From: Anaerolineae bacterium
GTDB lineage: Bacteria > Chloroflexota > Anaerolineae > Promineifilales > Promineifilaceae
Direction of reading: 5' to 3'
Assembly: GCA_014879345.1 (NCBI GenBank)
Contig: JACSSI010000001.1
Location: forward strand, 1-33,996
Length of the DNA stretch: 33,996 nucleotides
The translations under genes and the position numbers were made by a program. Below the pieces are notes generated by a model that was not told where the DNA came from, did no database searches, and worked only from the letters and a program-made list of their open reading frames with translations. Below are positions 8,154 to 16,392 of this stretch, in pieces (the first letter of the stretch is position 1; every line of letters starts with the position of its first letter).

Positions 8154-8214
8154 CGTAGTGCGTAGTGCGTAGTGCGTATTTCGTCGGATTACGGAATACG
8201 CACTACGCACTACG
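8154..8214. repeat. Intercistronic hairpin (TAGTGCG)n / (CGCACTA)n
   Basis: Arm 8161-8184 (CGTAGTGCGTAGTGCGTATTTCGT) pairs with arm 8191-8214 at 23 of 24 positions; loop is CGGATT. It fills the HMGR-stop to HMGCS-start gap. Confidence 0.8.
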
Positions 8215-8215
8215 A

Positions 8216-9568
8216 TTATTTATTAAGTTCCGCGAGAATTTCCTGGGCGCGGACGCTGTTGATTTGTTTGTCTGCAATCATACGTTCGGTAATGACTGGT
8301 ACTTGCTCGGGGGTGGCGCCGGCAGCGGTGGCAACCTGACGGGCGTGCAAGCGCATGTGGCCTTGTTGGATGCCGACGGTTGAGAGGGCTTTGATGGCGG
8401 CCAAATTTTGAGCCAGGCCCACACAGGCCAGCACTTGGGCCAGTTCTTGGGCAGAACTGACGTTTAGGATTTTCATGGCGACTTTGGCGGTGGGATGCAC
8501 TTTAGTCGCGCCCCCGACTGTGCCAACGGCCATCGGCAAGGTGATTTCGCCATAGAGGTCGCCGTTTTCGTTGACGTGCCAGTCGGTGAGGGCGGTATAA
8601 CGGCCGTTTCTCGCCGCATAAGCATGAGCACCCGCCTCAATCGCCCGCCAGTCATTACCCGTTGCCACTACCACCGCGTCAATACCGTTCATGATGCCTT
8701 TGTTGTGGGTGGCCGCCCGATAGGGGTCTACGATGGCGAAGGCGTTGGCTTCAGCGATGCGCTGGGCCGCTTCTGCGCCAGAAATGCCGTCCACTGCCAG
8801 GGCTGCTGCGGGAATAACGCCGCGGGCGGTGGCGGTGCGCTGGTCGGCCAAATTGGAGAGAATGCGCAGTAAGGTGCGTCCGCCAGTTAATTCAGCGATG
8901 CGAGGGGCCATCAGTTCCAATGCCGTATTGACGGAGTTTGCGCCCATAGCATCACGGGTGTCGTAGAGCAGGTGGACAATCAACATGGGACCGACGGGTG
9001 AATCGGGAAACGGCCGTTGTTGAATATCCCGTGCGCCACCACCCAGCCGAAGCATCAGGGCATCACTGCTGTTCGCCAGTTCCATGAGCTCATCTTTGTG
9101 CGCTTCGAGGGTGGCAATGGCCGCCTCCATATCAGGCACGTCCAGCACCTGAATCTGCCCAATCATGACCGGATCGCTGGCTTCTGTGTGGAAACCGCCA
9201 CCGGCACGAATCAATTTGGCCGCATGGCTCAACGCAGCTACCACACTCGGCTCTTCTACCGTCATGGGAATGAGATAGTCCTTGCCGTTTATCTGAAAGT
9301 TAGTGGCAATTCCCAGGGGCAATGCATAAGTGCCCACAACATTTTCAATCATGAGGTCTGCTTGTTCTGGCTGCAAACCTTTTCCGTTCAAAACAGCTTT
9401 TTCATCAGCAGAAAGTTCTGCCCATTTAGCTATTAGATCAGCTCGATCTGTAACTGATTTTTTGTAAAACCCCGGTATACGTGATGATTGACTTGTCACA
9501 ATCCACTCCTTTTCAAAACAATCCCGCAGGTTTTGGGCTGCGGGAGACTGTTTTAGATTTAGTTTCAC
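8216..9568 (-). CDS. mvaA: HMG-CoA reductase, class II
   Basis: 450 aa, GTG start. MIENVVGTYALPLGIATNFQINGKDYLIPMTVEEPSVVAA, HNKGIMNGIDAVVVATGNDWRA and QQGHMRLHARQ match class II (Pseudomonas mevalonii type) catalytic Glu/Lys/Asp/His motifs. Confidence 0.9.
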   Translation of the reverse strand: MKLNLKQSPAAQNLRDCFEKEWIVTSQSSRIPGFYKKSVTDRADLIAKWAELSADEKAVLNGKGLQPEQADLMIENVVGTYALPLGIATNFQINGKDYLIPMTVEEPSVVAALSHAAKLIRAGGGFHTEASDPVMIGQIQVLDVPDMEAAIATLEAHKDELMELANSSDALMLRLGGGARDIQQRPFPDSPVGPMLIVHLLYDTRDAMGANSVNTALELMAPRIAELTGGRTLLRILSNLADQRTATARGVIPAAALAVDGISGAEAAQRIAEANAFAIVDPYRAATHNKGIMNGIDAVVVATGNDWRAIEAGAHAYAARNGRYTALTDWHVNENGDLYGEITLPMAVGTVGGATKVHPTAKVAMKILNVSSAQELAQVLACVGLAQNLAAIKALSTVGIQQGHMRLHARQVATAAGATPEQVPVITERMIADKQINSVRAQEILAELNK

Positions 9569-9678
9569 GTGTAAAACATCTTTCGCAAAGGAAAGGTATG
9601 TATTTATATCTTTGGTTTGCTGTCAAAAGCTATCACAACCTTTTTTCAGCAGTATTTGAAAGGGAAAATGAAGTGTGA

Positions 9679-11463
9679 ATGAACAGTACATGTTGCTTGA
9701 CCCCTGATCTATCCTCGGGTAGCATTCTGACTATGAAATCGACTTCTCAAGCTGGTCTTATCCTTGTTTTAATTATGTTTATTATCGTTTTGGCGTCGCT
9801 GTTTTGGTTTTTGTACAGTGATTATGATGCTGTGCGCGAACAGGCTGACAAGGCTAACTCCCGAGCAACTCGAGTAGCAGTGATGGAAGAGGAAGCAGGT
9901 CAACTCCGTGCTGAAGCAGACCAAATCCAGGCGACCCGGGCTGTATTGGAAGGTGAATTGGCAACGGCCGTTTACAGCCAAGAAACACTAGAACAAGAAT
10001 CAGTCAACGATCAACAAACCATTCAAGCGCTGGAAACCAGAGCCGCCGGACAAGTTTCTGGAGACAGTATTCCGGAAGTCATCATTATTTCCCCGACAAA
10101 TGGTGCCAGCGTTAACCTGGCAGACTCTGTTGAGGTCGTTGTAGCTGCTTTTGACCCAAATGGCATTCGCGCGATCAACCTCGTGTTTGACAGTAATCCG
10201 CCTCTGGAAATTCTGGTTGGTGGCGAGGTGAGCAAAATTGTACGTGAACCGTGGCCCATCTCTGATTCAGGCGAACATACGGCAGTGGTAACGGCCGTTA
10301 ACAGCAACAATATCTCCAGCCAAACCACCTCCATCACCATCACCGCTGAAAACAAACTGACCAGTCAGCAGATTATTGATGAAGTTACCAACATCATCGG
10401 CCCCTTAAGCACTGAGGAAAATGCCACCAACGAAATTCAAGTTTCAACAGAAGGGAGTGAATTTCGTGCTGAAATCACCCCCCTCCTCTTGCAAGCCTTT
10501 GACTTTGCCGCAACGCCAGACGTGGAAAATGGATTGGATTGGGGTGTTTATTGCGAGGCGGCTTCAGGTCAAAGTTTAGCCACAGCCACCTCCTCTCAAG
10601 AAGCAATCGACTCTCCAGCAAAAGAATTAGCACTGGTGCAAGCCACTATCCGTGAATGGCAAGAATCACAATACCAATTCAGCCAACAATTAGCAGAAGC
10701 ACCTCATGATGATGCCCGCGCTGCCCTTTGCGCCTTAGCCGCCGGGCATGAACGCTGGGTGATGGAAGAATATATCAAACGCGCACCAGAAGAGAGACAG
10801 GCCCTACTTACCGACAACTTAACCCCGCTGACAGGAGTGGACAACAGCACTGTTTTGGCCGCACAGCAAACGGTTGGCACCACCTATGGCCCTGCCTTTT
10901 TCAAGGCCATCGTGGATTCTACGGATACAACGGCCGTTCTCAATGCCTGGAATCGTCCACCACAATCGACTGCGCAAATCCTCAATCCCCCTGACTATAC
11001 AGCAAACAACGCCCCGCAAGATGTGCTGCTACCCGATCTCACAACCTTTCTGGGTGACGACTGGAATCCCGTGGTCACAAATGTATTGGGGGCATTCATG
11101 TTGCAGAAATATTTGGAGAATTACGGAGAAACGACTGAAATAGAAACGGCCGTTTCCGGGTGGCAGGGCGACAAATACAGTCTCTATCAACAGGGTGAAA
11201 ATGGGCCAATCCTGCTCGCCTTGCACATCAACTGGGCGGCAAACGAGGATGCGCAGGAATTTGCAGCCGCCTATGAAAGGTATGTAAACGGCCGTTTCTC
11301 AGGCACAGTCTACCCTGTAGAAAGCCCTGAAAACAGCAACTGCTGGCGCGGCACTTCCGCCGAAACAATCTGCATCTTCACCGCTGAAACCCAGACTGTC
11401 ATCGTCAGAGCGCCAGAAGATAATTTAGCTGTAACTACCTTGGCGGAAATGATAGAACCTTAA
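9679..11463 (+). CDS. membrane-anchored protein with coiled coil and Ig-like domain; function unknown
   Basis: 594 aa; an alternative start is the ATG at 9733 (MKSTSQ...). TM LILVLIMFIIVLASLFWFLY, then a coiled coil, then an Ig-like segment IIISPTNGASVNLADSVEVVVAAFDPNGIRAINLVF. The C-terminal ~300 aa are unassigned. Confidence 0.6.
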   Translation: MNSTCCLTPDLSSGSILTMKSTSQAGLILVLIMFIIVLASLFWFLYSDYDAVREQADKANSRATRVAVMEEEAGQLRAEADQIQATRAVLEGELATAVYSQETLEQESVNDQQTIQALETRAAGQVSGDSIPEVIIISPTNGASVNLADSVEVVVAAFDPNGIRAINLVFDSNPPLEILVGGEVSKIVREPWPISDSGEHTAVVTAVNSNNISSQTTSITITAENKLTSQQIIDEVTNIIGPLSTEENATNEIQVSTEGSEFRAEITPLLLQAFDFAATPDVENGLDWGVYCEAASGQSLATATSSQEAIDSPAKELALVQATIREWQESQYQFSQQLAEAPHDDARAALCALAAGHERWVMEEYIKRAPEERQALLTDNLTPLTGVDNSTVLAAQQTVGTTYGPAFFKAIVDSTDTTAVLNAWNRPPQSTAQILNPPDYTANNAPQDVLLPDLTTFLGDDWNPVVTNVLGAFMLQKYLENYGETTEIETAVSGWQGDKYSLYQQGENGPILLALHINWAANEDAQEFAAAYERYVNGRFSGTVYPVESPENSNCWRGTSAETICIFTAETQTVIVRAPEDNLAVTTLAEMIEP

Positions 11464-12590
11464 TCCCCAGAACGTTTCGCCACCCGATTATTAATCACCT
11501 CTGCCATACGATTCATCATCGTTGCTAAAGGCGATTTAGCCGAAGTCAACGTCAATGGCACCCCTTGAGACAGCGCCCTGGCTTGATTGGGATCAAAGTT
11601 AATCTTAGAGGCCACACGAGCATTTAAACCTTTCTCCACAGTAGCCTGAGGAATTTGAGAATCAACCTGCACCTGATTGAGAATATAACTCTTCTGCTTA
11701 AACTTAAGATTAGATTTTTCCAGAAGACGGTTCAACTGAACGGCCGTTTGCACAGAAATCACATCAGGTGTCAAAACATGGAGTGCAATATCCACCCGCT
11801 CCATCATAGCCATAAACGCAGGCCCAAACAGCCTGGGTACATCAATCACCATAAAAGCCGACTGCTTTTGCAACAAATCAATCACCTTTGCTGCCATTTC
11901 AGGAGACGGCTCCGTAGCTAATTGAGGCACTTGCGGCGCAGCCAACAAGCGCAGCCCAGATGGATGAAGCGTCAAATTACCCTTAAGCGCCAACCAGTCT
12001 AAATCTGCCAAAGGCGGCAAATCAAGCCAGGAATGTCGCAATTGCAAACGCAAATGCAAAGCCACCTGTCCACCAGAAGGCGAGAAATCAACAAGACATA
12101 CCTCTTGTTGAGATATTCGTCGCAAAGCACTGGCTAAATTCACCGCCAACGTCGTCTGCCCCACACCACCTCGTAAACCAAACATACCAATAATAACGCC
12201 CCTATCTGGCATCATCTTTTGGTTTGGTTGAGAGAGCAATTCATCAACCTTTTCAATTAACTCCTGTGAGGTAACTGGCTTACTCAGATAATCATTTGCC
12301 CCGCTTTTTAGCGCCGTTTCACGATCAATTTCCTGCGCACGTGCCGTCAAAATCAAAATCGGCAAATTTTCCAACCCCTTGTTGGCACGAATGTCACGAG
12401 CAATGTCATGCCCGCTCATACCAGGCATCATCACATCTAACACCAGCAGATCAGGTTTGTCTTCCTTAACCGCTTGCAGCCCTTCGACAGGATTACTTAT
12501 CAGCCTTGTGCTGTGTCCACCACGCTCCAGCATCAAGCTAACCATTCGAAGCAACTGTTCGTCATCGTCGATTATAAAAATCTTGGCCAC
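11460..12590 (-). CDS. response-regulator receiver fused to TadZ/CpaE-like (ParA/MinD-fold) domain
   Basis: 376 aa, GTG start with AAGGAG RBS. The REC domain has DDDE, the phospho-acceptor D in LLVLDVMMP, LILTA and SKP. The second domain has GLRGGVGQTTLAVNLA, a deviant Walker A with Gln at the Lys position. Confidence 0.8.
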   Translation of the reverse strand: MAKIFIIDDDEQLLRMVSLMLERGGHSTRLISNPVEGLQAVKEDKPDLLVLDVMMPGMSGHDIARDIRANKGLENLPILILTARAQEIDRETALKSGANDYLSKPVTSQELIEKVDELLSQPNQKMMPDRGVIIGMFGLRGGVGQTTLAVNLASALRRISQQEVCLVDFSPSGGQVALHLRLQLRHSWLDLPPLADLDWLALKGNLTLHPSGLRLLAAPQVPQLATEPSPEMAAKVIDLLQKQSAFMVIDVPRLFGPAFMAMMERVDIALHVLTPDVISVQTAVQLNRLLEKSNLKFKQKSYILNQVQVDSQIPQATVEKGLNARVASKINFDPNQARALSQGVPLTLTSAKSPLATMMNRMAEVINNRVAKRSGD

Positions 12591-12722
12591 ACTGGGGTCT
12601 CCTTAATATGAATGCGCTAAAACGAATCGTACTCCTCTCCCATACACTGTCTACCCATTACATCATAAGCCATTCCCGATATTTATCAAGCAGTCAAAAC
12701 AAAATATCCGTGAATTCCAACA

Positions 12723-13253
12723 TTAGCCGTCAAGACAAAAGATACCAATGCGATCCTTTTGCACCAGAATCAGGTCACCACTATATGAAATTTGTGGGTA
12801 CAAAGATGCCAATGCCTTCGCCGAAAAGACTAATTGGTAACGGCCAACGGATTGCACCAAAATCTCCCGCGGCGCAACCTTGCCATCATGCATGATTTCA
12901 CCAGATATTTCAAAGGATGGTACGGTTAAAAATACACTTAATGCCCGGCCACGTGTATAAATAGAACGGCCGTGTTGCGTTCCCACTGGAATCCCTTCAC
13001 GCCGATCTTGCAGCACGATAAAGTTAATATTGTCCTTGCTGAAAGCTGCTACTTTATAATGCGTTACAATTTCGCCAGGTTGATGAATTCGAGAAATATA
13101 GGCATCTTTCAACTCTAAAAAACTTGAGCTTGGATTTGCCAGTTCAGCATGAATACCACCAGCCCCAACCAGAACTCGCCCCGTAACCCGATAAGCATCT
13201 GTAAACATATCCATGTGGATCAATTGGTTTCGGCCAAAATGTGTAGCACCCAT
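12723..13253 (-). CDS. hypothetical protein made of two related ~75-aa beta-rich repeats
   Basis: 176 aa. The two halves share a pattern, ending ...FSKDNINFIVL and ...LVQKDRIGIFCL. No family recognised. Confidence 0.5.
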   Translation of the reverse strand: MGATHFGRNQLIHMDMFTDAYRVTGRVLVGAGGIHAELANPSSSFLELKDAYISRIHQPGEIVTHYKVAAFSKDNINFIVLQDRREGIPVGTQHGRSIYTRGRALSVFLTVPSFEISGEIMHDGKVAPREILVQSVGRYQLVFSAKALASLYPQISYSGDLILVQKDRIGIFCLDG

Positions 13254-13273
13254 GATGGTATCCTTTTTATTTT

Positions 13274-14155
13274 CTAGGTTAATCCACGCAATTTATGAAA
13301 TCTGGTCCATTCTTCCATATTCCAGGCACGTCCAATTTCTGGATTTTGTCTGATAAATGCTTGATCCACAGGCATTGTTGAATATTCGCCGCTATTTGTC
13401 AATTCCACAAGAAGTTCCTGGAATAATTCTGTTAACATAGCAGCCCGCATCTTGTAGCCCGTTTCGTCTAAACTGGGCGTATTGGCAGCGATTAACACCT
13501 TTTTCTCGAAATTGTCAGGCAGCCAGGGCAAATTTAATAGTTCTTGCATCTCTCGATTGCGCCAAATTTGCCACTGCCGGTTATAGGCAAACAATGCCTG
13601 CACCAAATAGCCATATGCCGCACTTAGCCTGTCAAATGCAATGACGGGGCCATAATTATGCCATTTCTGCAAAGGGTCTGACCATGTTAGATGCTGATCT
13701 AGCCAAATCAGGGCTTCATCGAGGCGCTGCTGTCGAATCTCATCAGGATATGCCGTTTTTTGAGCGATAAGGGCGGCTATTTCCCCCGAAGGATCATACG
13801 CTATCCAGCCCACACTCAGTTCGGCACGATTACCTTCAGGCCACGCAAAGGCAGGTGCTGACCATTCGGCTAAATGGCACCGTGCAAAATCAAGTTGAAG
13901 CCCATTGGGGATTTTTTTGTCGGTAAAGATGCTGTGAAAAGTGTTGTCGGCCGGATTCCAAATAGATTCGGCCGGCACAATAAATAAATCGTAGGGGTCT
14001 AAAAAAATAACGGCGTCAATGTCAGAATCGGGGTGCATTTGTCCAGAAGCCATGCTGCCGATACCGACAACCCCCTTTACGGCTTCTTCGGGGGCAAGAA
14101 TTTGTTCGATGAATTTTAATAATTGTTGACGTTTTTCCTCAGTCGCTGGGGTCAT
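13274..14155 (-). CDS. nucleotidyltransferase-domain protein (Pol-beta superfamily) with helical C-terminal domain
   Basis: 293 aa. GIGSMASGQMHPDSDIDAVIFLD carries the G-S...D-x-D NTase signature. Confidence 0.7.
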   Translation of the reverse strand: MTPATEEKRQQLLKFIEQILAPEEAVKGVVGIGSMASGQMHPDSDIDAVIFLDPYDLFIVPAESIWNPADNTFHSIFTDKKIPNGLQLDFARCHLAEWSAPAFAWPEGNRAELSVGWIAYDPSGEIAALIAQKTAYPDEIRQQRLDEALIWLDQHLTWSDPLQKWHNYGPVIAFDRLSAAYGYLVQALFAYNRQWQIWRNREMQELLNLPWLPDNFEKKVLIAANTPSLDETGYKMRAAMLTELFQELLVELTNSGEYSTMPVDQAFIRQNPEIGRAWNMEEWTRFHKLRGLT

Positions 14156-14275
14156 GCTTTTGGACTCGCGTCAATGAATGGTAATTCAGAGATTAATATA
14201 GTTTCTGTCTGGATATGACAGTCGGGAGTGACCTGTTTAGTCACAATAAATATGATGGCAAAACGGCCGTTTTCC

Positions 14276-14560
14276 TCAACAATCACTCCGCGTAGAAAGC
14301 CAACTCACCTGTTCATCCACTTGCATAGGAAGCCGTGCTGCCCGTCTGTTCTCCAGACTGCTTTCTAGCTCTTGCAGCAGCCGTTCAATATGAATCAAAA
14401 ATGCAGGTTCAAACTGAACATGCCCGCAAATGTCACAGGCCAAAGCGGGTGAATTTGGCATGACCAGCATCTGATCATCTACCCAATACAAATAGGGTGC
14501 CTTCACTGAGTGGCATCGCCCAATACGACAGACTTCGCAGCTTCGCAATTCGTGGATCAT
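14276..14560 (-). CDS. YgiT/MqsA-type zinc-ribbon protein
   Basis: 94 aa. CEVC...(25 aa)...CDIC arrangement with the [14 protein letters not shown] pattern. Its start overlaps the deoC stop by 4 nt. Confidence 0.5.
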   Translation of the reverse strand: MIHELRSCEVCRIGRCHSVKAPYLYWVDDQMLVMPNSPALACDICGHVQFEPAFLIHIERLLQELESSLENRRAARLPMQVDEQVSWLSTRSDC

Positions 14561-15243
14561 CCGTTCGCTTCTTTCACAATAGCTACACCGGCACTGGCGC
14601 CAATGCGCGTAGCACCAGCCGCAATCATAGCCAAAGCATCTTGTAAGGTGCGCACGCCGCCGGCCGCTTTCACACCCATATCCGGGCCAACTGTTTGGCG
14701 CATTAACGCCACATCTTCTACGGTAGCGCCACCTGGGCCAAACCCGGTGGAGGTTTTTACAAAGTCAGCGCCAGCCGCTTGAGAAAGTTGGCAAGCAATG
14801 ACTTTTTCTTCATCGGTAAGTAACGCGGCTTCGATGATGACTTTTACAATGGCACCACCTTCATGCGCTGCTTCTGTAACGGCCGTTATATCATCCAGCA
14901 CCGCTCCATAATTTTTTGATTTAAGCGCCCCAATGTTGATAACCATATCAACTTCTGTAGCGCCAAGCCCCACCACATCTTGTGTCTCCAAAACTTTAGC
15001 CGTCTGCGTGGTAGCCCCAAGCGGAAAACCCACAACCGTGCAGGTATCCACACCAGAACCCTTCAGCAGTTGGGCACACAATTTAACGTGAGTCGGGTTG
15101 ATACAGACTGAAGCAAAATGATTTTCCTTTGCTTCTGCACACAGTTGGATAATTTGTGACTGGGTGGCATCGGGCTTGAGCAGCGTGTGGTCGATGGTAC
15201 TGGCTATATCTATTTCTTGAGCAGCTTTCTTTAATTTTGTCAT
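14557..15243 (-). CDS. deoC: deoxyribose-phosphate aldolase
   Basis: 228 aa. [11 protein letters not shown], Schiff-base Lys motif DFVKTSTGF, and VKAAGGVRT. Confidence 0.9.
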   Translation of the reverse strand: MTKLKKAAQEIDIASTIDHTLLKPDATQSQIIQLCAEAKENHFASVCINPTHVKLCAQLLKGSGVDTCTVVGFPLGATTQTAKVLETQDVVGLGATEVDMVINIGALKSKNYGAVLDDITAVTEAAHEGGAIVKVIIEAALLTDEEKVIACQLSQAAGADFVKTSTGFGPGGATVEDVALMRQTVGPDMGVKAAGGVRTLQDALAMIAAGATRIGASAGVAIVKEANG

Positions 15244-15255
15244 GGTTCTCGGCCG

Positions 15256-15867
15256 TTATGAACTTGTATCTCTATGAAAATGTGGCACAGTCTCCCAATC
15301 AGATGGGGGCCAATAAATCAACATCGCTTTACCAACAATATGGTCTTCCGGCAAAAAAGACCAGGAGTGAGAATCGCTTGAATTATTTCGGTTATCGCCA
15401 AGGACAAAATACTCACCTTCCGGCACTACACCATTATACGTATAACGAGGTGCTTCACGAATGTACGGCTCATCCAAGACTACCCCATTCACCATCACCA
15501 TGCCATCCCTAACCACAACCGTATCACCAGGGACACCAATCACCCGTTTTATCAAGTTCAATTCACTGGCTGGATGATGAAAGACAATCACATCACCCGC
15601 CACTGGATCATCCACATAATAACTGAAATTGTTAATGATGAGGTATTGACCATCTTGGAGCGTCGGATTCATACTACTGCCATCAATTCGATAGCGTCCC
15701 ACCAAACTGTTGACCATCCAAAAGATAAAAAACGTCAGCAGCAACGTTTCAATAATCTCCCGTACAACCACTTCTGTAGATTGACGATGCTCCCGCACCG
15801 GAGTTGCATTGCCAAGCGAATTAGTGACAGTAGAGTTAGATTGCGAACCAGATTCAGCAACAGCCAT
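15256..15867 (-). CDS. lepB: signal peptidase I
   Basis: 203 aa. N-terminal TM, GSSMNPTL (catalytic Ser), LIKRVIGVPGD (catalytic Lys) and VLGDNRNNSSDSH. Confidence 0.9.
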   Translation of the reverse strand: MAVAESGSQSNSTVTNSLGNATPVREHRQSTEVVVREIIETLLLTFFIFWMVNSLVGRYRIDGSSMNPTLQDGQYLIINNFSYYVDDPVAGDVIVFHHPASELNLIKRVIGVPGDTVVVRDGMVMVNGVVLDEPYIREAPRYTYNGVVPEGEYFVLGDNRNNSSDSHSWSFLPEDHIVGKAMLIYWPPSDWETVPHFHRDTSS

Positions 15868-16190
15868 AAAATTTACCTATTATGGAGTAAAAACCACTCC
15901 TGAATTTTCAGATTATAGTGGAGCAAAATAGCCTACGCAAACCCACCCTCAATTATGACCCTTTGATTCCAGTACAGAAGTAATATTTCCCGGTAATTTC
16001 ACAAACAAAATGAGGATAAGAAGTATCAACTACCTCCTATCCTCACTGCCCCTACTTTACATCTTCGATGCCCTTGATCAGTTTCATGAATAGTTAATCA
16101 TATTTTGCTTACAACGCATATAAAAACACAATGCTTCACCATACCTGTCCCCGCCAAAACAATAAAATCATGAAGAATCCAATTTACTGC

Positions 16191-16219
16191 TTGCACACCC
16201 ATCAGGGCAAGGCTATAAT
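16191..16219 (+). promoter_or_regulatory. sigma70-type promoter for tRNA-Lys
   Basis: TTGCAC (16191-16196), 17-nt spacer, TATAAT (16214-16219). It lies 12 nt upstream of the mature tRNA 5' end. Confidence 0.55.
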
Positions 16220-16231
16220 CCCATCCGCGTT

Positions 16232-16307
16232 GGGTCATTAGCTCAGCTGGCAGAGCACTGGACTTTTAATCCATTGGTCGCAGGTTCGAATCCTGCATGA
16301 CCCACCA
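16232..16307 (+). tRNA. tRNA-Lys (anticodon TTT), CCA encoded
   Basis: 76 nt: GGGTCATTAGCTCAGCTGGCAGAGCACTGGACTTTTAATCCATTGGTCGCAGGTTCGAATCCTGCATGACCCACCA. Cloverleaf folds by hand. Anticodon at 16265-16267. Near-identical in layout to E. coli tRNA-Lys(UUU). Confidence 0.95.
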
Positions 16308-16314
16308 CCAAAAT

Positions 16315-16360
16315 GAAAGGCAGAAGAATGAAGGGTTACACCTCCAAACTTCTGCCTTTC
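16315..16360 (+). terminator. 12-bp perfect stem hairpin downstream of tRNA-Lys
   Basis: GAAAGGCAGAAG (16315-16326) pairs with CTTCTGCCTTTC (16349-16360) around a 22-nt loop. There is no clear U-tract. Confidence 0.4.
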
Positions 16361-16369
16361 TGCTATAAC
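16361..16369 (+). promoter_or_regulatory. extended -10 element TGcTATAAC upstream of moeA
   Basis: TG at 16361-16362 and TATAAC at 16364-16369. An ATG follows 6 nt later at 16376 (mini-ORF MTIRTL, stop overlapping the moeA ATG). Confidence 0.4.
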
Positions 16370-16392
16370 CACCACATGACAATCAGAACCCT

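Noticed and set aside
7010-8214. CRISPR array (also considered for the heptamer and nonamer repeat arrays at 17308, 25368, 31728 and 33851)
   Set aside because: The repeat units are 7-9 nt and directly tandem, without 30-40-nt spacers. No cas genes are present in the window.
12608-12895. 95-aa plus-strand ORF (MNALKRIV...) whose first 20 nt resemble the start of the UPF0175 gene
   Set aside because: The resemblance is only about 12-15 nt. The ORF runs antisense into the 176-aa gene and has Ser-rich low-complexity content.
15237-15903. Plus-strand ORFs of 91 and 109 aa opposite lepB
   Set aside because: They are antisense to a gene with all signal-peptidase I boxes and have no independent support.
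16232-16307. tRNA-Lys as the integration site of a genomic island
   Set aside because: There is no integrase next to it and no direct repeat of the tRNA 3' end in the window. The flanking genes (lepB, moeA) are housekeeping.
16308-16392. Molybdenum-cofactor riboswitch upstream of moeA
   Set aside because: Only about 85 nt are available and they form one simple 12-bp hairpin. The Moco motif is a much larger multi-stem RNA, and I cannot find its conserved elements.
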